DNA of 64,000 bases. Origin: Cyanophora paradoxa CCMP329 (Eukaryota; Plantae; Glaucophyta). Below, piece after piece: positions 23,512 through 37,135 of the stretch; within the stretch, counting starts at the first letter, position 1; each line of letters opens with the position of its first letter. The notes beneath the pieces are model-generated. The model was not told the origin of the DNA. It did no database searches and worked only from the letters and a program-made list of their open reading frames with translations. The position numbers were made by a program, and so were the translations under genes. The stretch spans positions 1 through 64,000 of the forward strand of contig QPMI01000507.1 in NCBI GenBank assembly GCA_004431415.1, in the 5' to 3' direction.

Positions 23512-23657
23512 GGCGCCGCCCGCGCCGGCGCGAAGGAACCGGCTGCCCGGAGACCGCCCGGCGCCCATGGCGCGGCAGAGCAGCGAGCGCTTCTGCTCCG
23601 TGCACGTGTAGCTGCTGTGTTTGTAAATAGATCGGGCGAGCATGCGGGTGCGGGGCG

Positions 23658-25380
23658 TCAGGAGAGGGAGCAGTTGTTGCAGGCGGCGCTCCACACGACG
23701 GAGGCGAGCCCCTCGGCCTCCGCCTCGGCCGACCTGCGCCGACCGTGAGGCCCCGGCGCGGGGGCGGGAAAGGGCCGGCGGGGGCCGGGGTGCGGACATC
23801 TGGACGAGGCGGGCGCAGATGGCGGAGAAGGGGGGGCGGGCGGCGGGGTCGGGGGAGAGGCACTCGGCGACCAACGCCGCCATCGACGCCGAGCAGTTCA
23901 GGCTCGCCTGCGCCCCGCCGGCCGTCAGGAAAGGGGAGGGGCAGGGGGAGAGGGGGGGGGGGGGGGGAGGGGGGGGTGCGGGGGAGGCACGGCGAGGGGC
24001 CGGAGGCGGGCGTTTCGGTGCGCGACGGCCTCGCAAATGTTGTCCATCGCTGAGGGCGGGTAAGGCGTCGGACCGGTGGGGTGGATGGGAGGAGGGCGGT
24101 TCGTAGGGGGGCGGGGGGAAAGGGGGGTACGCACGCTCAAGACCCGCGTGCGGCAGCTCCCCCGTGATCACTGGGGGGCAGAGGAGTCGGAAAGGGGCAC
24201 AGGAGCGAGCGGGGCCGGGCGGTGCGCACTCTCCCACATGCAGGCGCCGTAGCTGTACACGTCGCAGGAGCGGTAGTAGCGGTCCCCCCGCAGCACCTCC
24301 GGCGCCGCCCACCGGTACGACCTACCCGCCCCCCTTCAGCTCAGCCGCCCGCCGGAAGAGCCCCTGGTGTACCCCCTCCGCACCCTGTCCTGGGCTGCGC
24401 GGAGGTCAGGCGGGGAGGGGCGGGGGAGGGGGAGGGGGGCAGGCGAACGGTCATCTTGCCGTCGGGGGCCTCTTCCCTCGCGAGGCCGAAGTCGAGCAGG
24501 ATCAAATTCTGGTTGCCGTCCATCACCAGGTTCTGGCTCTTGAGGTCCCTGCGCCACGCTCGGGCTGGGCCGAGCGAGGAGGAGAGGGCGGCGCGCGGAG
24601 CCGGCGCGCCTGTGGACGATGTTGCGTGCGTGGAGGTAGCACATCGCGTCTGCTAGATGCAGCGCCACGCGCACGATCTCCCGCCGGCTCCAGAAGCCGC
24701 GCTCCTCCCGGTGCAGCACCCGCCAGAGGTTGCTCGCCTCCTGCCGGCGCGCGCTCGCCGGCTCGGGCAGCGCCGGCGCCAGGAAGGCGCGCGGCTGACT
24801 GACAGCGGCACGCACGATAAGGTCGAGGGCGATCCAAGGCTGCTCCACGTCCAGGCACGTCCCGTGCATCCGCCTGCGCACGCGAATCGGGACCCGGGGA
24901 CCGGTGCGGCGGAGCTGGCGCGTACACGATGTGCGGGTGACGGATCCGCCGGAGTAGCGCGGCCTCGCTCCGCAGCTCAGACACCGCCTCCTCGTACGTC
25001 GTGTGCTTGCAGTGAGAGCGCGGCTTCACGCGCTGCAGCGGAACGCGCAAGGTCAACGCTCGACTGCGGTCAAGGCTCGCACGGCAGCGTCTCTGCGGCG
25101 ATCGCATAGCCGTAACGAAGCGTGCACCTTGAGCGCGACCGGCTTGCCCCGCAGCGTAGCCCGGAAGACTGTGCTCCCGCCGCCTGAGACGCGCGTCAGA
25201 TCTAGAGATGCTGCGGCGCGGAGAAGGGATCCGAGCACCCTCGTTGATCGGCTCGCCGATAACCACGTCCTCGGGCCGCAACTCGGGCACACTCTCAATC
25301 TCATCGTCCGAGGCGTGGGACGGGCCGGCGCTGTCCAGTCGCAGCTCAACGTGCGAAGCGTCTATTGTCGCGGCGGGCAT
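23658..25380 (-). CDS. Tyrosine-kinase-like (TKL) Ser/Thr protein kinase
   Basis: INEG/GGSTVFRA..VALK, E..LLRRIRHPHIV, IVHR/DLKSQN, LLDFGLARE, YMAPE..DVYS, ITGELP, CLSPDPAARPPF. The spliced last exon ends ..NNCSLS*. Confidence 0.9.
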
Positions 25381-25469
25381 CTCTAGTCCCCTTCGTCGGG
25401 TCTTCCGACCGTCTTCGACGGGGGGGGGGGTACGAGTCCGGCGGACGGCATTCCACCGCGAGAAAAAAG

Positions 25470-28400
25470 ATGGAGCTCGAGCAGCGGCGTGAGGCCTGGC
25501 TGCGCGAGGTCTTCGAGCTGGAATCAGAACCGTGCGCCCTCCCCCCGACCGCCGCCGCGGCCTCGCACCTCACACTTTTCGCAGCGGGCGCGTTGACATG
25601 CAGGGTCTCCAGGCTCTCCTGCAGGCGAAGCTCGAGCGAATAAGCGCAGCCAAGCCCGCCGCAGCGGACGGCGGCAGCGCCGTCTTGCACGCGGACCCAA
25701 TGGCCCTGGATGACAGCGCCGAGCGCAATGCCGGGGGGTCGGGCGCGGCGGACGCGCACTCCTCGACGTCGGAGCTGTCGGCCGCGGCGGCGGCGGTGTG
25801 CTCCAAATGGGGAGGCATCCCGGGTCGCCTGGGGCCGCGCCGGGCTCGTATGGACTGGCCCCGGAACGCGTCGGGCAGCGTTCAGATGCGTGGGCCTGCA
25901 GACCTTGAGGTGATGCGTTCTGGACGCAGCGCCGCCCCTCCGCGCGCCCCGGGCCGTTCGCCCTTCCGCCCCGCCGACCGGAGCCGCGGCGGGCGCAGAT
26001 GGAGTCGCACAGCAACTTCACGAGCTGTAGGGCGAACGTGTGCGTCTACCAGGGCAAGTGGATGTACGAGGTCATCCTCGGCACCGGTGGCGTCATGCAG
26101 CTCGGCTTCTGCACGATGAACTGCCCCTTCACGAACGGTGCGCCCCGCACCTCGCGCCGCGCGCCCGCCAAGCGCTTAGCGCGCGCGAGCGCAGAGGAAG
26201 GCGTGGGTGACGCGCCCGACTCGTACGCGTACGACGGGAAGCGCATGAAGAAGGTGCGGGGCCGCCGGACGCCGCCCCCGCCCCCGCCCCCGCCCCCGCC
26301 GCGTCGCGCCGCAGGGCGGGGCTGAGAGGGGGTGGCGGGTGCGCAGTGGAACGTGTCGTGCGTGCCGTACGGGGAGGAGTGGGCGGCGGGGGACGTGATC
26401 GGCATCTGCGTCGACTGCGACAACCACCAGATCTCCTACTTCCGCAACGGCGCCTCCCTCGGCGTCGCTTTCTCCCACATCCGCTCCGGCGCCGCCTACT
26501 TCCCCGGTCCGCCCCGCGCCGGGCCCCCCCGGGCCCCCGCGCTCCTTTTCCTTTCTTTTGCCGACCTGTGCGGGCGCCGCCTCCCGCCTGCAGCCGTCAG
26601 CCTGAGCTACGGGGAGCGCGCGCTGATCAACTTCGGAACGTTCCCCTTCATATATCCTTTGCGCCCTCCCCGCGACGCCTCCCCGCCCCGCCCCGCCCCG
26701 CTTCGCGCGGCGACCCTTGACGGCGGGGCACCCACCCGGTGTCGGGTTTCAGCCCTATCCAGCCGGCGCCGCCGGCCGCCGACGTCGCGCGGCTGCAGTA
26801 CCTCTTCCGCAGCTACCTCCGCGCCCTCCCCTGCCTCGTCTCCGCCGGCCAGGCCCGCCCGCCCGCCGCGCCGGCACCGGCGCTCCTCCGCGGCGCTGAC
26901 GCCGCGCCGGCACGCAGGCGGATACGCCCTGGCTGAGCGCCGCGGACGGGGCGGCGGTCGGGGCGACGGTGGTGGAGGCGGCGGCGCCGGTGATGGGGGC
27001 GGGGCCCGAGGCGGAGGGCCTGCACCTGGTGGGGAGCGAGCTGCTGCCGGTGCTGCTGCAGCTGGACGCGTGCCACCCGCCGGCGCACATGCGCGCGCTG
27101 CTGCACCACCTCGCCTCCTTCCTGGAGGGCTACGAGCTCTCCGCCCTCGTCTCCTCCCTCTTCGCCCTCCTCGCCCTCCGCTGCCGCGCCGCCCCCGTCC
27201 GCCCCGACCCCCGCTCCGGGCCCCAGGCCTACCTCTCCCTCGCCATCCACCTCCTCCGCGCCTCCCGCCCCGTCCTCGCCGCCTGGATCCGCTCGCCGCT
27301 CTTCCAGCCCACCCTCGAGGGCCTCCTCGCCATGAAGCAGCCCTCGGCCGCCGACACGCCGGCCCTCTTCCCCACCGTGCCCTGGCCGGGGTGCCCCGAC
27401 GCCGCGGGGGCCGAGCGCGCGGTGCGGCAGGCCGTGCGGCAGGCCACGGCGGCCGTCTCCGCCTGCGAGGCCCTCCACGCCGCCCTCCTCCGCCTCCTCC
27501 TCGACGACCCCGCGCCCCTGCCCGCCCCCCCGCCTCCCCGCCTCCGTCCCGACCCCGCCCGCCCTCCCCCGCCCCCGCCACGCCCTCACGCCACCCCACC
27601 CCACGCCCACCCGCCCCTCTCGCCGCCTTCCGGATCCCGGCGCGGCGGCCACGCGCCCCACTCCTCGGCGGCGCCCCCGCACGGCCCGCCGGAGGGCCCC
27701 CGCGGGGCCCGGGGCGGCGGCGGCGGCGGCGGACGGGAGCGCGCAGGGGGCGCTGCGGGCCTTCGTGCGGGGCCTGGTGGCGAAGAACCGGCACGCGACG
27801 CGGAACGTGCCGCCGCCGGGGCTGACGGACCCGACGGCCCTCGCCTCCCTCTTCTTCGCCCTGCTCGAGGCCTCCCAGGGCCTCCTCTCCGACCCCGCCG
27901 CCGCCCTCGACCCCCGCCTCTTCTTCGACCCCGCCGGCACCGCCGCCGAGCTCGCCGCCAACCGCCTCGGCGGCGCCTTCGGGCACCTCCGCAAGGCCTC
28001 CCCGCCCCCGCCCGAGGCGGCGTTCGATCCCGCGGCGGCGGGCGCGCTCCCCTCGGAGCTGATGGACGCGGCCGTCGTGCTCTACCACCTGGCCGTCGGG
28101 CAGCGCTACAAGCTCGCCTCGCAGCTCCTGCAGGGCCACTCGCAGGCCTCCGCGCACCTCGAGGAGGCCGCCCGCCGCGCCGCCTCCGCCCCGCCCGAGC
28201 AGCGCCCCGCCCTCGAGGCCGCCGCCCACGCCCTCGAGGAGGAGGTCGTGGAGAAGGCGCGCGCCTGCGCGTGGCGCCGCGCCGCCCTCTACTCCGACCG
28301 CAAGAAGGAGCTGCTGTACAGCTTCAGCCGCCTCGTGCTGCGGACGGTGCAGGAGCTGGGCGAGCGGACGGACGCGCTGGGCGCCGCCTACGCGTACCTC

Positions 28401-30506
28401 CCCGAGTACTACGTCGAGGCCGCCATCGACGCCTTCCACGCCGTGCGCCGCAGCGCGCAGCGCGCGTTCCCTTGCGGGGGCCGGCGCTCAGGGCGGGGGC
28501 AGGTGCGGCGGGCGGACCCGGCGCTGCCGCTGACGCGGGAGCCGTACCGGGAGGGCCTGCACGCGGTCGTCGCCTTCCTCGTCGCGCGCTTCCACGCCGA
28601 CGCCCGCATCGTCAACCCCGACCTCCGCGACTTCCTCCTCCAGGCCCGCCCGGGGCCCCCGCCCCCGCCCCGCCCCGCCCCTGCTGAGGGTGGCGGGCGG
28701 GGCGCAGAGCGTGAGCGTGCTGCTGCAGTACGGGGAGTTCCTGGCGGAGTTCGAGGCGAACGGGACGGCGCGGGAGCTGCTCGTCCCCGCCCTCCTCGAG
28801 CACTTCGACTTCCGCTTCTGGATCCCCATCACCAACGTCGTCCTCCGCATCTGGCGTGGCGTCGGCTTCGGCTCCGGCGCCGGCGCCAGGCCCCAGTGCC
28901 CCGCCCCCGCCTTCCGCGACTCCCTGCGGCAGACCTGGGAGCGCCGCCCCGAGCTCGCCGCCGCCTTCGTCAACAAGGCCCGCCCCGCCCGCCCCGCCGG
29001 CCCGCCCCGCCGGCCGGCCGGCGCGCTGAGGGGGGGGCGCAGCTGCTGAACAACATCAACTGGACGCTGACGGAGCTCGGGGTGGCGATCAAGGACGTGC
29101 TGGCGGGGGCGGGGCGGCGGGGGCAGGGGGTGGCGGCGGGGGCCGAGGCGGCGCAGCAGGAGCGCAAGTGCGCGATCATGTTCGAGCTCTCCGTCTCCGC
29201 CCTCTCCGTCCTCGAGGTCGTCGCCCTCGAGGCCCCTGACGCCTTCCTCGCCGACCGCGTCCGCCCCCGCCCCCCGCGCCCCCCGCCCCCCGCAACCCCT
29301 CTCTGAGCCCCCGGCGGCAGAACGAGGTGAGCGGGCAGCGCATCGCCGAGCTCCTCGTCTACGTCGTCAACCACGCCACCGCCGGGCCCGACTCCCAGGC
29401 CCGCCCGCCGACCCTCCCGCCCCCCGGCCCCCCTCTCGTCCGACGCGTGGGCGGCAGCCGCTGGAGCGTGTCTCGCGGCTCGGGGCGGCGGCGCTGGAGA
29501 AGGTGACGCGGACGGCGCTGCTGCGACCGGCGGTGGGCGCCCTCCTGAACCTCGCGGCGGGGGGGCCCGCGGCGCTGGCCCGCCTCGCCCGCATCGTCGC
29601 CCAGGAGCCGGCCTTCCGCCCCGAGAACTTCCAGCACCTCGCCGACGACGTCGAGTCCGCCCCCGCCGCCCCCGCCTCCGCCCCGGCGCCCCGCGGGCGC
29701 TCACCGGCCGATCGCGATCGCGACGCGGCGCAGCTGGGCGGCGGCGGCGGCGGCGGCGGCGGGCCGGACGCGGTGCAGCCGGTGGCGGCGGCGCGGCTGG
29801 ACGAGCTGCGGGCCCTCGTGCAGGCCCTCCAGGGCGAGCACCAGGCCGTGCGCCCCGCCCCCGCCTCCGACCCCGCTCCGCGCGCCCCGCCCCGCCCGAC
29901 GCGGCGCGGCGCGGCAGGCGCGGTCGCGGCCGAAGCGGGGCACGCCGTCGGCGGCGCCGCTCTCCATCCCGCGGCGGCGGCGCGAGGGCGAGGCCTCCCG
30001 GCGGGGCCCCTCGGCCCCGGGACCTCCACCTCGCCCCTGCAGCTCGGCCCGGGCTCCCCGCGGGAGCCCCGCGACGGCCGGCCGCTGGGCCGCCGGCCTC
30101 TGCGCCGCCGAGGCCTCCCCCTCGCACGCCGAGGCCGCCCCCGCGGGGGCGGCGGGGGCGGCGGGGGCGGGGGATGGGATGGAGACGGACGGGGGCGGGC
30201 GGGGCGATGGCGGGGCGGCGGGGGGCGAGGAGGCGGAGGAGGAGGAGGGCCCCGTGTGCAGCATCTGCTACGCGAGCCCCGAGGACACGAGCTTCGAGCC
30301 CTGCGGGTGCCCCCGCCCCGCCCCCCGGCCCCGCGCGGTCGTCCCGCGCTGAGGGCGCGGGGCGCGGGGGCAGGCACCGGTCGTGCCACCGGTGCATCCA
30401 GCGGCACCTGCTGAACGCGAAGCGCTGCTTCTTCTGCAACGCGGAGATCACGGCCGTGCGGGACGACGCCGACGAGGACGAGCCCGTCCTCCACTTCGAG
30501 CTCTAG
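25470..30506 (+). CDS. RNF123: E3 ubiquitin ligase RNF123/KPC1 (plant RKP) with SPRY domain and C-terminal RING
   Basis: SPRY ESHSNFTSCRANVCVYQGKWMYEV..EEGVGDAPDSYAYDGKR..WAAGDVIG. Central [82 protein letters not shown]. Confidence 0.93.
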
Positions 30507-31571
30507 CCCCGCCCCCCGGCCCCCGGCCCCGCGGCCGGCCCCGGCGTCGCGTGGTCACGATGAACTTGACTGGAAACACTGAGGAGATCTTCGTATGCCA
30601 TCGTCTATGAATTGGATGCACATGCGATGTGACGGCGTCGTCGCATTCGCGCCGCCTGTGTGACTTCAGATCTAGAGACAGATCGACATATATATGCATC
30701 CATGGCCAGAAACGACAAAGACCGTCGAGAGAAGACGAAAATTGAAGTCGTGCAACAGCGCTAGCACGTGCACGTGCTCGCGCGAACCGTTGAACGACTC
30801 TTCGCGGCCGTGCCCTTTGTATTTAGATGCGGACATGTACAGGTAGGGACGCGTGCATGCGCATGAATTCGGACGGAATTCAAAAACTGATCATGATCAT
30901 GAAACCCACTGCCAGCTGGCCACGCGGTCGCGCGGGGCTAGCGGGGCGCGCGCGGGATGATGCCGGAATATTAATATACTCCCTATCGCGGTTCACACAA
31001 GGGATCGCGCGCGCTAGCGCTACCGGTGCGAATCATGCAATGATTTGAAAATTTCAATTGAGGTGTTTTTACGCTGCATCATATTCAGACAGATGCATGC
31101 GCGAGCTCGAGGCATGGACTCGAAAGTCCAGCGCTATCAGTTTTCAAGTTTATTCTCAGCAGAGTAGAAAGCTGGCGGGCTTAAATTTATTCGAAATCCT
31201 GCCAGGTACCGGTTGTCTACGCTAGCGCTAGCGCTGGCTGCACTGGCTGCACTTGTAGCTGCAATCAATTAAATATTTGCGTAGTTCACCAAGCCCTCGA
31301 TCAGCTTTAATTTATGGAAGTCGAAACAGAAAGAAATGTATCTCCCCCCAAGGCTGACCGTCGGACTACTGTAGCTGCGATGCAAAACAATATATTCGAA
31401 ACTATTTGGGCAGAAACATCTATAAGAACCAGATATAAGCAATCTATGGGTAACACGAAAGTTCGAAATTCAGAGACGCGAACTCGCGAATTCAGGGGAT
31501 CAAATTGTCAAATTAAAGCCAAGTAGTTACCCTGGCCCGCTGCATCTACAGCTCGGCGGCTGGCGGGCCGC

Positions 31572-34500
31572 CTAGATGGAGACGCGGTTGACGAAGAAGC
31601 CGCCCTCGAGGCCGTCGAGGGCGGCGGGCTGGCCGAGGAGCTGGACGGAGGCGACCTCGCGCCCGGCGAGGGAGGAGCCGGGCCCGGCCTTGGCCGCCCA
31701 CGCGAGGACCTCCTCGGTGACGCGGCGCACCTCGCCCGTCGACCGGTGCTGCGCGTCGTGCACCCGCACGACCGCCCCCCGCCCGTCGCCCTTCAGCCCG
31801 ACCGCCGCCACCCGCGGCGCCCGCAGCGACGACGCGATCGCCGCCGCGACGCTCTCCGCCCCGGGCGCCCGCCCGGCGAACGCGACTTGGACGTCGACGG
31901 ACTCGCGGAGGCGGCGCCAGCGGCGGCGGTAGGTGAAGACCCCCACCAGGCAGATGACGAGCACCACGAGGCAGCCGCCGAGCACCACGGGGATGATCAC
32001 CGCCGGCGCGTACCCCGGCAGGCCCTGCGCGGCCCCAGATCAGACGAGTTTAATAATTTTGCGCGTCAATCAAATTTCGCGCGAGTGTGCGCACGTTCGT
32101 CTCGATGGACTGGTACGGGGCGAAGGTCGTGGGAACGCCCACCGGTACCGGCACATCGAACCACTCGAACGCCTGCGAAACGGCAATTTCACGCATGATC
32201 AGAGCGCGCAGATTTTCAATGGGAAATTAGAAGATAGCCGTGACCCACCGCAGGAATGAAAAAGGGGCCCTGCTGCGCGGACACCAGCACCACGTCTGCG
32301 AGGGATTCGTCAGAGACAATTTCAAAAGAATTTTACATTAAACCGGCCAGTTAAAATTTATATTTAGCTTCAGAATCGATCGCGAGCGCACCGTAGGGGG
32401 TGTTGAGCGCCCTCTGGTCCGCCTGCAGCGCGGAGCGGCGGAAGTTGTCCTTGATGCACGCGGCGCTGAAGACGGGCGACGCGAAGTCGACTTGCGAGCC
32501 GGAGACGACGGTCGCGTTCGGGGCCTTCATGCCGCACGTCCCCGCCGGCCCGCGGTAGATGTACGCGCCCGAGCCGGCCGGCCCCGGGATGACCCAGCCC
32601 CGGCTGTTCGCCGCCGGGATCTGGATGTACACCTGCGTCGCCGTCGCGAAATTCGGAATTCCATTTTGAATGGGATCGAAGTCGATCTAGATCTGAAATA
32701 TAGAAAGCACCTCGACGAAATCATTCGGGTCAAAGTTGCAGCCCTGCGTGCGCAGTCCGGATCCGGAGTGATCGGAAATCGAACAACTTAATATGCATGC
32801 GCAGCGACGTCGACAATTGCAATCCAAAGATTCGAACCGTGCAGCTGATGGCAACTGTCTCGTTGCTGACGACCGGCACCCGCTTGCGGATCCCGATGAC
32901 CTGCAGCCGGCTCCCAGTGCCGCCCTACAGAAACGATTCACACGTACAAATTGATGGAAATATAAATTTGGTTGGCGCGGAAATACCGGCAGGAAGAAGA
33001 TGTACGACTTGGGCAAGGTGGCCACGCCGCACGACGTGTTCAGCACGATGTCATAGAGCGTCTCTGCGATAAGCCCGACTGGGTGAATCCACAGCGAGTG
33101 GCGAAATGGCATTTCACGGCAGCGCGAATTCGAACCGACGGCGGCGGTGTTGCTGGGGTTCTGGGACGGGGCGGGGATCAGGAAGCTGAGGAGGGAGCCG
33201 TTGGAGGCGACGGCGAGGTTCGACACGACGACGCTCCCGACGGCGAGGGAGAGCGCGGGGTCGTCGGTGGGGAACCCGGCGCCGGCGATCGTGCGGGCGA
33301 CCGTGCCGTCCAGCGAGCTGCTGTTGACCGGCGAGATCGCGCCCCACGTGACGTCTGCGCAATATTCAGTACAAAGAAGAAGGCACCATGATCATGAGCT
33401 GAGATCAAGGTGCCTACCGAGCTTGCAGCAGGAGTCTGGCGAGTTCGAAAGAAAAGCAGAAATATTAAATGGTCAGTCGCTTGAGTGTTCTGAAAGCGAC
33501 GAGCAAAATTTAGATGTGCAATCACCGGGAAGCGAAAACTGGAAGATGGAGGGGCAGCTGGCCCCGGAACAGATTCCTCCCTCCAACAGGGAGCGTCGCG
33601 AGCGTCCTGCGCGCGCTCGGGGAAAATTCCCTCAGAGCGATCATCTGTAATATAGATATCGTATCCCCAGAGCGCTCACCTGTATTTCCGGATCCATCAC
33701 CACGATTGATTTCGGAGCCCGCGACCGACAACAAACGCGAATGCCGAGCGGGTACCGGTGTTGTTGCGGGGCAACCGCCGCAGGAGCCTCCCGATCTGAC
33801 AAAGAAACCAACGCAATCGACCGACATCCTGCGGTTGCAGGGCGCGACTGCGGGACACTGTAAAATCGCGCCGTCGCCCTCCGCCAGCAGGCCCCTTGCC
33901 GTAGACCGCGAGAGCACCGCAGCTGCCTCCGACGCGTTCTTGTCCTCGAGCAGGCCGCGGCCGCGTTTGAACACGGGCTGCGGCGCCGGCGTGCACGTGA
34001 CGCACTGCTGGCATTCAAAGCACTGCTCGCACTCCGCTCCGCTCGGCAACACGCGTGTGCCGGTGCTGGGGCAGTTCGCGCACATAGGAGTCGAAATCGC
34101 TGAAAGCGACCGAGAGTGACGCTTGCTCGCAGTGCAAGGTTCGCAAGGCCTCGGCGTCGGCGACGGGCTCGGGGTGGCAGACGGGGTCGGGCTCGGGGTC
34201 GCAGACGGCGACGGGCTCGGGCTGGGCGACGGCGTGGGGGTCGGCACCCCCGGGACCCCCATGAAGACGGTGGCGCTGTTCGGCCCCGCGCGGACCACCT
34301 GAAGCGCAGTCGAATTTGAGAGCTTGAATTAACCATGGCCTCTGGGCCATGGGCCATGGCCAGGGATCGCGTTGCGGAAGCGAATTGCAAGCCGCACCTG
34401 CAGGACCTTCGACAGATTGCCGTTGATCGAGCTGGCGGCCCCGACCTTGCTCAGCGAGGGGTACAGCGAGAAGGCCGCGATCGCTGTGCGCAAGCGGCCG

Positions 34501-37135
34501 CTGGTTAGCGATGAGCGTCCTTTGAATTCCGCAAGTGAAACCGAGAAACGCGTGCAAAAGCACCGTGGCCGCCTTCCGAGGGGACGATGGCGTAGGCGCG
34601 CGCGTCGGTCGGGGCGGCGTTGGCGCCGGGGATGACGGAGGCGCAGGGGAAGAAGAGGAAGGGCAGGCTCGAGGAGGACGGCTGGGAGGCCTGCCGAACA
34701 CGCGTTAGTTGCGAGTGAATACATATATAATCAATTCAGCCCCGCGGCCGTGCACGTGCACGTGTATGCGCATGCGGTAGTGCATACCGGGAGTTCAGCC
34801 AGGTATGAGTCGTTGCGGGAGAGAGTCAGACTGCGGCCGCGGACCAGAAACAGAACCGTTTAACGCGGTCAGGGCCATTATTCCACAGACTGAACTGCGC
34901 ATGCGCTCTTTGGAAACGCACGAGCTTCCGGAGCCTCCGAAGTGGAAGAGCGTCACAAGGGCGTTCGAACTCGCCGCGTCCGATCGCGAGAGACCGCCGC
35001 GAAGACCGCGACGGCCAATGCCCGGACAGCAAATGGAGAGCATCCGTCGACGAACGGGACCTGGTGGACACACTATGCAGGCAGGAGAGCTAACGACCGG
35101 GGGAGAGCTGATGACCGGGGGAGAGCTGATGACCGGAGGAGAGCTGACGACCGGGGGAGAGCTGACGACCGGAGGAGAGCTGATGACCGGGGGCGAGCTG
35201 ACGACGGGGGGAGAGCTCGGGGACGGGCTGGGCGAAGGCGTCGGCGTCGGAGATGGCGTTGGCGCCGGCGTCGGGCTCGGCGTGGGGGATGGTGACGGGC
35301 TCGGGCTTGGCGATGGGGACGGCGTCGGCGTGGTGAGCGGGTTGGGGAGGGAGAGGACGTAGAGGCGCCCGTCCTTCTCCGCGACGGCCCCGCTGTACGG
35401 GCCCTCCATCGCGCCGCTGCCCTCCGTGATCCGCGGCGCGTCGGCGTGGACGGTGATGTCGTCGAGGCGGAGCACCCGCGCCCCGAGGCCGTCGCCGGCC
35501 ACGAAGAGGAGGCCCGCCGTGGGCGCCAGCACCGACGCGCGCGGCCGGCCGAGGGTCGCGGGCAGCTGCACCGACTGGTTGACGGCGAGGCGCATGGCCA
35601 CGGCACGCAGGTCCCGCTTCATGGCTCCCGAGGTCGGGGCCGAGACCGCCGCAGTATTGAGGCGATCGACACGACCGACGGGGCTGTCGCCGCTCACTGC
35701 GCCTCGGCGGGATGAGACGACGTAAACCTGCGATACAGTTCACACAATTATTTTTAAAACATTGTAAATGATCATGATCATGAGCGGCGAGGGGCCATGG
35801 CCAGACGCACATGATTGCCGGCGGCGTGGATCGCAACGACGCTGTAGGCCCTGTCCGGGTCGAGCTGGTAGGTGGCGGTCGTCGCGAGCGTGGCGGCGTC
35901 GACCTGAATCACCTCCCGCGAGCTCGCGAAGTACGCGTACTGCCCTGCAGCGCCCGCGCCGTCAAGAGCTGCAGATCTAGACCCGGTGGACAGCTCGAGC
36001 GCGAGCACAATATACATACAATAATATTAATATTAATATTATATTTCATTATGCGCACCGGCGGCGTCGATGGTGCAGTTCATGGCGCCCTTCTGGAGGA
36101 CCTTGGGGCCGCCCCCGACGTCCGCCTGCGTCAGGCCCAGGTCCCGCGACGTCGCCGCCACCGTCGTCCATGTCGGCGCGCTGAGCTGCGATCGCGAGCG
36201 ATCGATCGCGCGCGAAGCCGGGCGGTGGCGCGAGTCAGCGGCCCGTACGCGAGCACATGCGGCAGCACTCGGCCCGGCACGAGGCCGCGCGCGCAATCTT
36301 TAATTTAAATGCAAATGCACCTTGACGAGGTGGGAGTCCTTCGCGGCGGACGGGTCGCCGACGGCGGCGATGAGGGACCCGTCCTTGGGGGAGGCGACGA
36401 AGCACAGGACGCCCTCCCCGGCGTCCGAGCCGAACGCCCCCGCCGACACACGGTTCACTGCGCGCGGGCCAGGGTCCGATGGTCAATCTCAGGAGACTCT
36501 TGAAGAGTCAAGAAATCGAATTCTGGATATGCACATGGTACATGGCCGAGCTACTGCGCATTCATACATAATCACATGCAGATGTACGTATACGTATACG
36601 TATACATATATGGCCCCAGCGGCACTCGTCTAGATCTAGACCTGTACGTATACTTGTGTCGCGATCGCTAACTTATAATTAGTATATATATACGTAAACG
36701 CTATAGCCAGGCTTAAACGGGAAACTGCAGCTGGAGACGCCGCTGAGGCCTCGCGTTATATTCTTCGTTCGTGATCATCTGCAGCTACGCCGGCTCTCGC
36801 AGCTCCGTTCGCGCGGAGGCCGCGTTTCCGCCAAGCGGAAAATTATGCGCAAGGGTAAAATTAAATGGCCTTATGCATATGCATAGCAAACCTAGCCATA
36901 TAGCCTTTAAGCAGAAGCCGATGATCATGAGCACACGTGCACCGCGGCCGGCTGAAAACGCACCTCCCAGCGGGCCGCTGACGAGGCCGCCGTCGAAAGT
37001 GCCGTCCGCGAAAACCGCCGACGACGCGACGAGCGCCGCCAGCAGCAGGCCTAGGGCGCCGAGGCCTAGGGCTCTAGAGACCGCGGCGCCGGCCGTCCGC
37101 GAGCGCGAGGGACGAATCCGAACGCTCATCGACAT
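31572..37135 (-). CDS. Type-I membrane surface protein, copy 2 (inverted paralog of 2634-11460)
   Basis: Near-identical constant exons and TM/tail. Probable first exon with signal peptide MSMSV..ALGLGALGLLLAALVASSAVFA at ~36940-37135 (linkage inferred). SSPPV[VI] hexapeptide repeats at ~35095-35215. Confidence 0.75.

Noticed and set aside
26332-30494. Long Arg/Gly/Pro-rich ORFs on both strands (also around 39-42 kb and 59-64 kb)
   Set aside because: Artefacts of extreme GC content and intron read-through; the real genes are spliced in other frames.
35095-35215. CRISPR-like or non-coding array
   Set aside because: In-frame 18-bp coding repeat with no spacers, in a eukaryotic gene.
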